DNA of 20,594 nucleotides from a virus (Duplodnaviria; Heunggongvirae; Uroviricota; Caudoviricetes): IMG/VR virus record IMGVR_UViG_2526164690_000051; one strand, 5' to 3'. Shown piece by piece: positions 18,820 to 20,594 of this stretch (position 1 is its first letter; each line of letters starts with the position of its first letter). The notes under the pieces were generated by a model. It saw only the letters and a program-made list of their open reading frames with translations, ran no database searches and was not told where the DNA came from. The position numbers and the translations under genes were made by a program.

Positions 18820-19860
18820 AAACTTAACATATCGAAGGAGGGACAAAGCATATTACTGGCGCAACCCTCTGACGAAAGAAGAATTTACACTAGGTAAAAT
18901 TTCAAGAAGAGATGCAGTAGCGCAGGCAATTGAAGCAAATCATTATATATACAAAAACTACTCTCCTGCTGCCTTAATTGAAAAACTAAAAGGGTTCGAC
19001 TCATTTACTATGGCAGACTGGATTGAACGTTACAAAACGATTCTTATAAGGAGAAAAGTGTCCAGAAATACTTATAAAATTCGGGTAAATCAACTGGAGA
19101 CAATAAAAGAAAAATTAGGAGGGGTTTTACTGACAGAAATAACCACTCGCCATATTGCCGAGTTTCTTGATTTGTGGATTGAAGGAGGGAAAAACACGAT
19201 GGCAGGATCAATGCGTTCTGTGTTATCTGATATGTTCCGCGAGGCCATTGTTGAAGGACGTATATCTCAAAATCCAGTAACGCCAACAAGAGCACCGAAA
19301 ATAGTAGTTACAAGAGAACGGCTGAAACTAAAGACATACAACTGCATCAGGGAGGCAGCAGATCAACTTCCGACATGGTTCCCATTAGCTATGGACTTAG
19401 CCCTTGTAACAGGACAACGTCGCGAAGACATAACAAATATGCGGTTCAGTGAGATTTATGATGATCGTCTCCACATCAGGCAAATTAAGACAGGAATGAT
19501 GATTGCTATCCCCCTGTCACTCAGCCTTCCTGTCGCTGGTTTACGACTTGGTACAGTAGTTGAACAGTGCCGCATGGTAAGTAGGGGGGATTATCTAATC
19601 AGTGCCGGGATTAGAAAAACAGCCCTGACGGCAGCATTCACCCGGACGGCCTGACAAAGAAATTTGTCGCAGCCAGAAAATTAACAGGTATCCAGTTCAG
19701 TGAAAACCCACCAACTTTTCACGAGATCAGAAGCCTGGCTGGACGATTGTACAAAGAAACATGTGGGGAAGAATTTGCTCAACGTCTACTTGGCCACACA
19801 TCGGAGAAGACAACAAAAATGTATCTTGATGAGAGAGAAAAAACGTACTTACTGCTCTGA
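18785..19860 (+). pseudogene. tyrosine integrase (lambda Int family), interrupted by a frameshift in an A5 run at 19615..19619
   Basis: N-terminal frame (18785..19654) ends ...ISAGIRKTALTAAFTRTA*. The C-terminal segment (open from 19615 to stop 19858..19860) reads ...TKKFVAARKLTGIQFSENPPTFHEIRSLAGRLYKE...LLGHTSEKTTKMYLDE..., aligning with the lambda Int catalytic C-terminus. One extra A restores about 358 aa. Confidence 0.8.
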
Positions 19861-19929
19861 TTTTAACGTAAATGGATTGTTAAATGTGTTTTGGTTGTGA
19901 TATAACCAAAAAAGACCGGAATACAGAAA

Positions 19930-19951
19930 TTCGAGTAAATTTCGAGTAATT
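19930..19951. repeat. tandem direct repeat TTCGAGTAA(A/T)T x2, candidate Int arm-type sites
   Basis: TTCGAGTAAAT / TTCGAGTAATT between the int stop and the sdsR 3' end. Confidence 0.35.
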
Positions 19952-19991
19952 TCGGGGAGACGTTTGCAACTAATTGATTTTAAATACAATT

Positions 19992-20094
19992 AAAAAAAGA
20001 CCGAATACGATTCCTGTATTCGGTCCAGGGAAATGGCTCTTGGGAGAGAGCCGTGCGCTAAAAGTTGGCATTAATGCAGGCTTAGTTGCCTTGC
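19992..20094 (-). ncRNA. sdsR: SdsR (RyeB) small RNA
   Basis: Reverse complement GCAAGGCAACTAAGCCTGCATTAATGCCAACTTTTAGCGCACGGCTCTCTCCCAAGAGCCATTTCCCTGGACCGAATACAGGAATCGTATTCGGTCTTTTTTT matches my recollection of E. coli SdsR, including its terminator hairpin. Confidence 0.7.
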
Positions 20095-20184
20095 CCTTTA
20101 AGAATAGATGACGACGCCAGGTTTTCCAGTTTGCGTGCAAAATGGTCAATAAAAAGCGTGGTGGTCATCAGCTGAAATGTTAAA

Positions 20185-20225
20185 AACCGCCCGTTCTGGT
20201 GAAAGAACTGAGGCGGTTTTTTTAT
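20185..20225. terminator. bidirectional rho-independent terminator (ryeA 3' end / yebY terminator)
   Basis: AACCGCC ... GGCGGTT stem flanked by T-runs on both strands. Confidence 0.5.
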
Positions 20226-20252
20226 TGGAAATCAAAAGGCTATTTTAGGTAA

Positions 20253-20594
20253 TTAACAGAGTTTTTCAGCTCGTTCTATAAACGGTGCCAGACTCATTTT
20301 TTCGCCGGGATTGTTAGGATCATCAATCTGAATCACCGAAATGGGTTGGGCTTTAGTCTTCCCACTGGCAACTTCCTTTTGTGCGATATCGTTTAAAGGA
20401 TACTGCACGAGGGTACTTGGGTTAATGACATACAAAGCATTACCCGGTCTGCAAGTCAGCATCACCTCTTCGCGATTAAACGCCCATTTGTCTTTACCCA
20501 CTTCAAAACGACTGACGGTAATCACCTGCGGTGCAGCCAGCGCCGCTGCAGAACTGGTGAGTAACAGAAACGTCAGAATACTTTTTTTCATCAT
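20253..20594 (-). CDS. yebY: YebY (DUF2511) periplasmic protein, complete
   Basis: 113 aa with signal peptide [27 protein letters not shown]...; matches E. coli YebY as I recall it; start codon is at the window edge. Confidence 0.8.
   Translation of the reverse strand: MMKKSILTFLLLTSSAAALAAPQVITVSRFEVGKDKWAFNREEVMLTCRPGNALYVINPSTLVQYPLNDIAQKEVASGKTKAQPISVIQIDDPNNPGEKMSLAPFIERAEKLC

Larger units (their letters stand above)
1..19990. mobile_element. Rac-like lambdoid prophage (partial; far end outside window, int-proximal junction near 19900-19990)
   Basis: Contiguous phage modules: int/xis, recET with racC/kilR/lar, divergent repressor/cro, O-like and DnaC-like replication genes, nin-type genes, Q, phage tRNAs. 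Chromosomal sdsR and yebY follow after about 19992. Confidence 0.8.
19950..20225 (+). ncRNA. ryeA: RyeA (SraC) antisense sRNA, approximate extent
   Basis: Established knowledge that RyeA is antisense to SdsR and fully spans it. The + strand terminator at 20185..20225 is the likely 3' end; the 5' end is inferred. Confidence 0.35.

Noticed and set aside
19615-19619. Programmed ribosomal frameshifting in the integrase
   Set aside because: No slippery heptamer or stimulatory structure is evident, and the same type of break recurs in four other homopolymers; an indel or sequencing error is simpler.
14546-19860. Identity with the K-12 Rac prophage itself
   Set aside because: The recET/lar/kilR/racC genes are Rac-like, but the flank here is sdsR/yebY, not the K-12 Rac site as I recall it, and the right-arm content (phage tRNAs, AraC regulator, defence cassette) differs. 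Treated as a Rac-like mosaic phage at a different site.
19700-19900. 66-aa + strand ORF after the integrase N-terminal frame
   Set aside because: It is out of frame with the conserved integrase C-terminus, which reads in the third frame (19615..19860).
1-20594. CRISPR arrays, insertion sequences, rRNA, Shiga-toxin genes
   Set aside because: No regularly spaced short repeats, no transposase with terminal inverted repeats, no rRNA-like sequence, and no stx-like ORF at the cargo position.

Overview
Almost the whole window (about 1..19990) is a Rac-like lambdoid prophage; its other end lies beyond position 1. The window + strand carries the leftward early operon (small genes, kilR, ydaE-like, racC, recE, recT, ralR/lar, ydaC, xis, int). 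The - strand carries the rightward genes: cro-like, YdaT-like, O-like and DnaC-like replication genes, two unknown genes, a nin-type block, antiterminator Q with a pR'-like promoter, then late-operon cargo (ORF6N protein, AppY-like AraC regulator, three phage tRNAs, TerB-like protein). The int-proximal junction abuts the chromosomal sRNA sdsR (ryeB)/ryeA and yebY. The most interesting region is an AT-rich, opposite-strand cassette (5868..8757) encoding an OLD/Gabija/PARIS-like ATPase-TOPRIM protein next to a C5-cytosine methyltransferase, flanked by a HokD-like toxin. Five frameshifts (integrase, ATPase-TOPRIM x2, methyltransferase x2) all sit in A/T homopolymer runs and are all repaired by adding one base, so they look more like sequencing errors than decay. 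All identifications are from reading the sequence and recalled family knowledge; no database search was run, and coordinates of non-ORF features are +/- a few nt.
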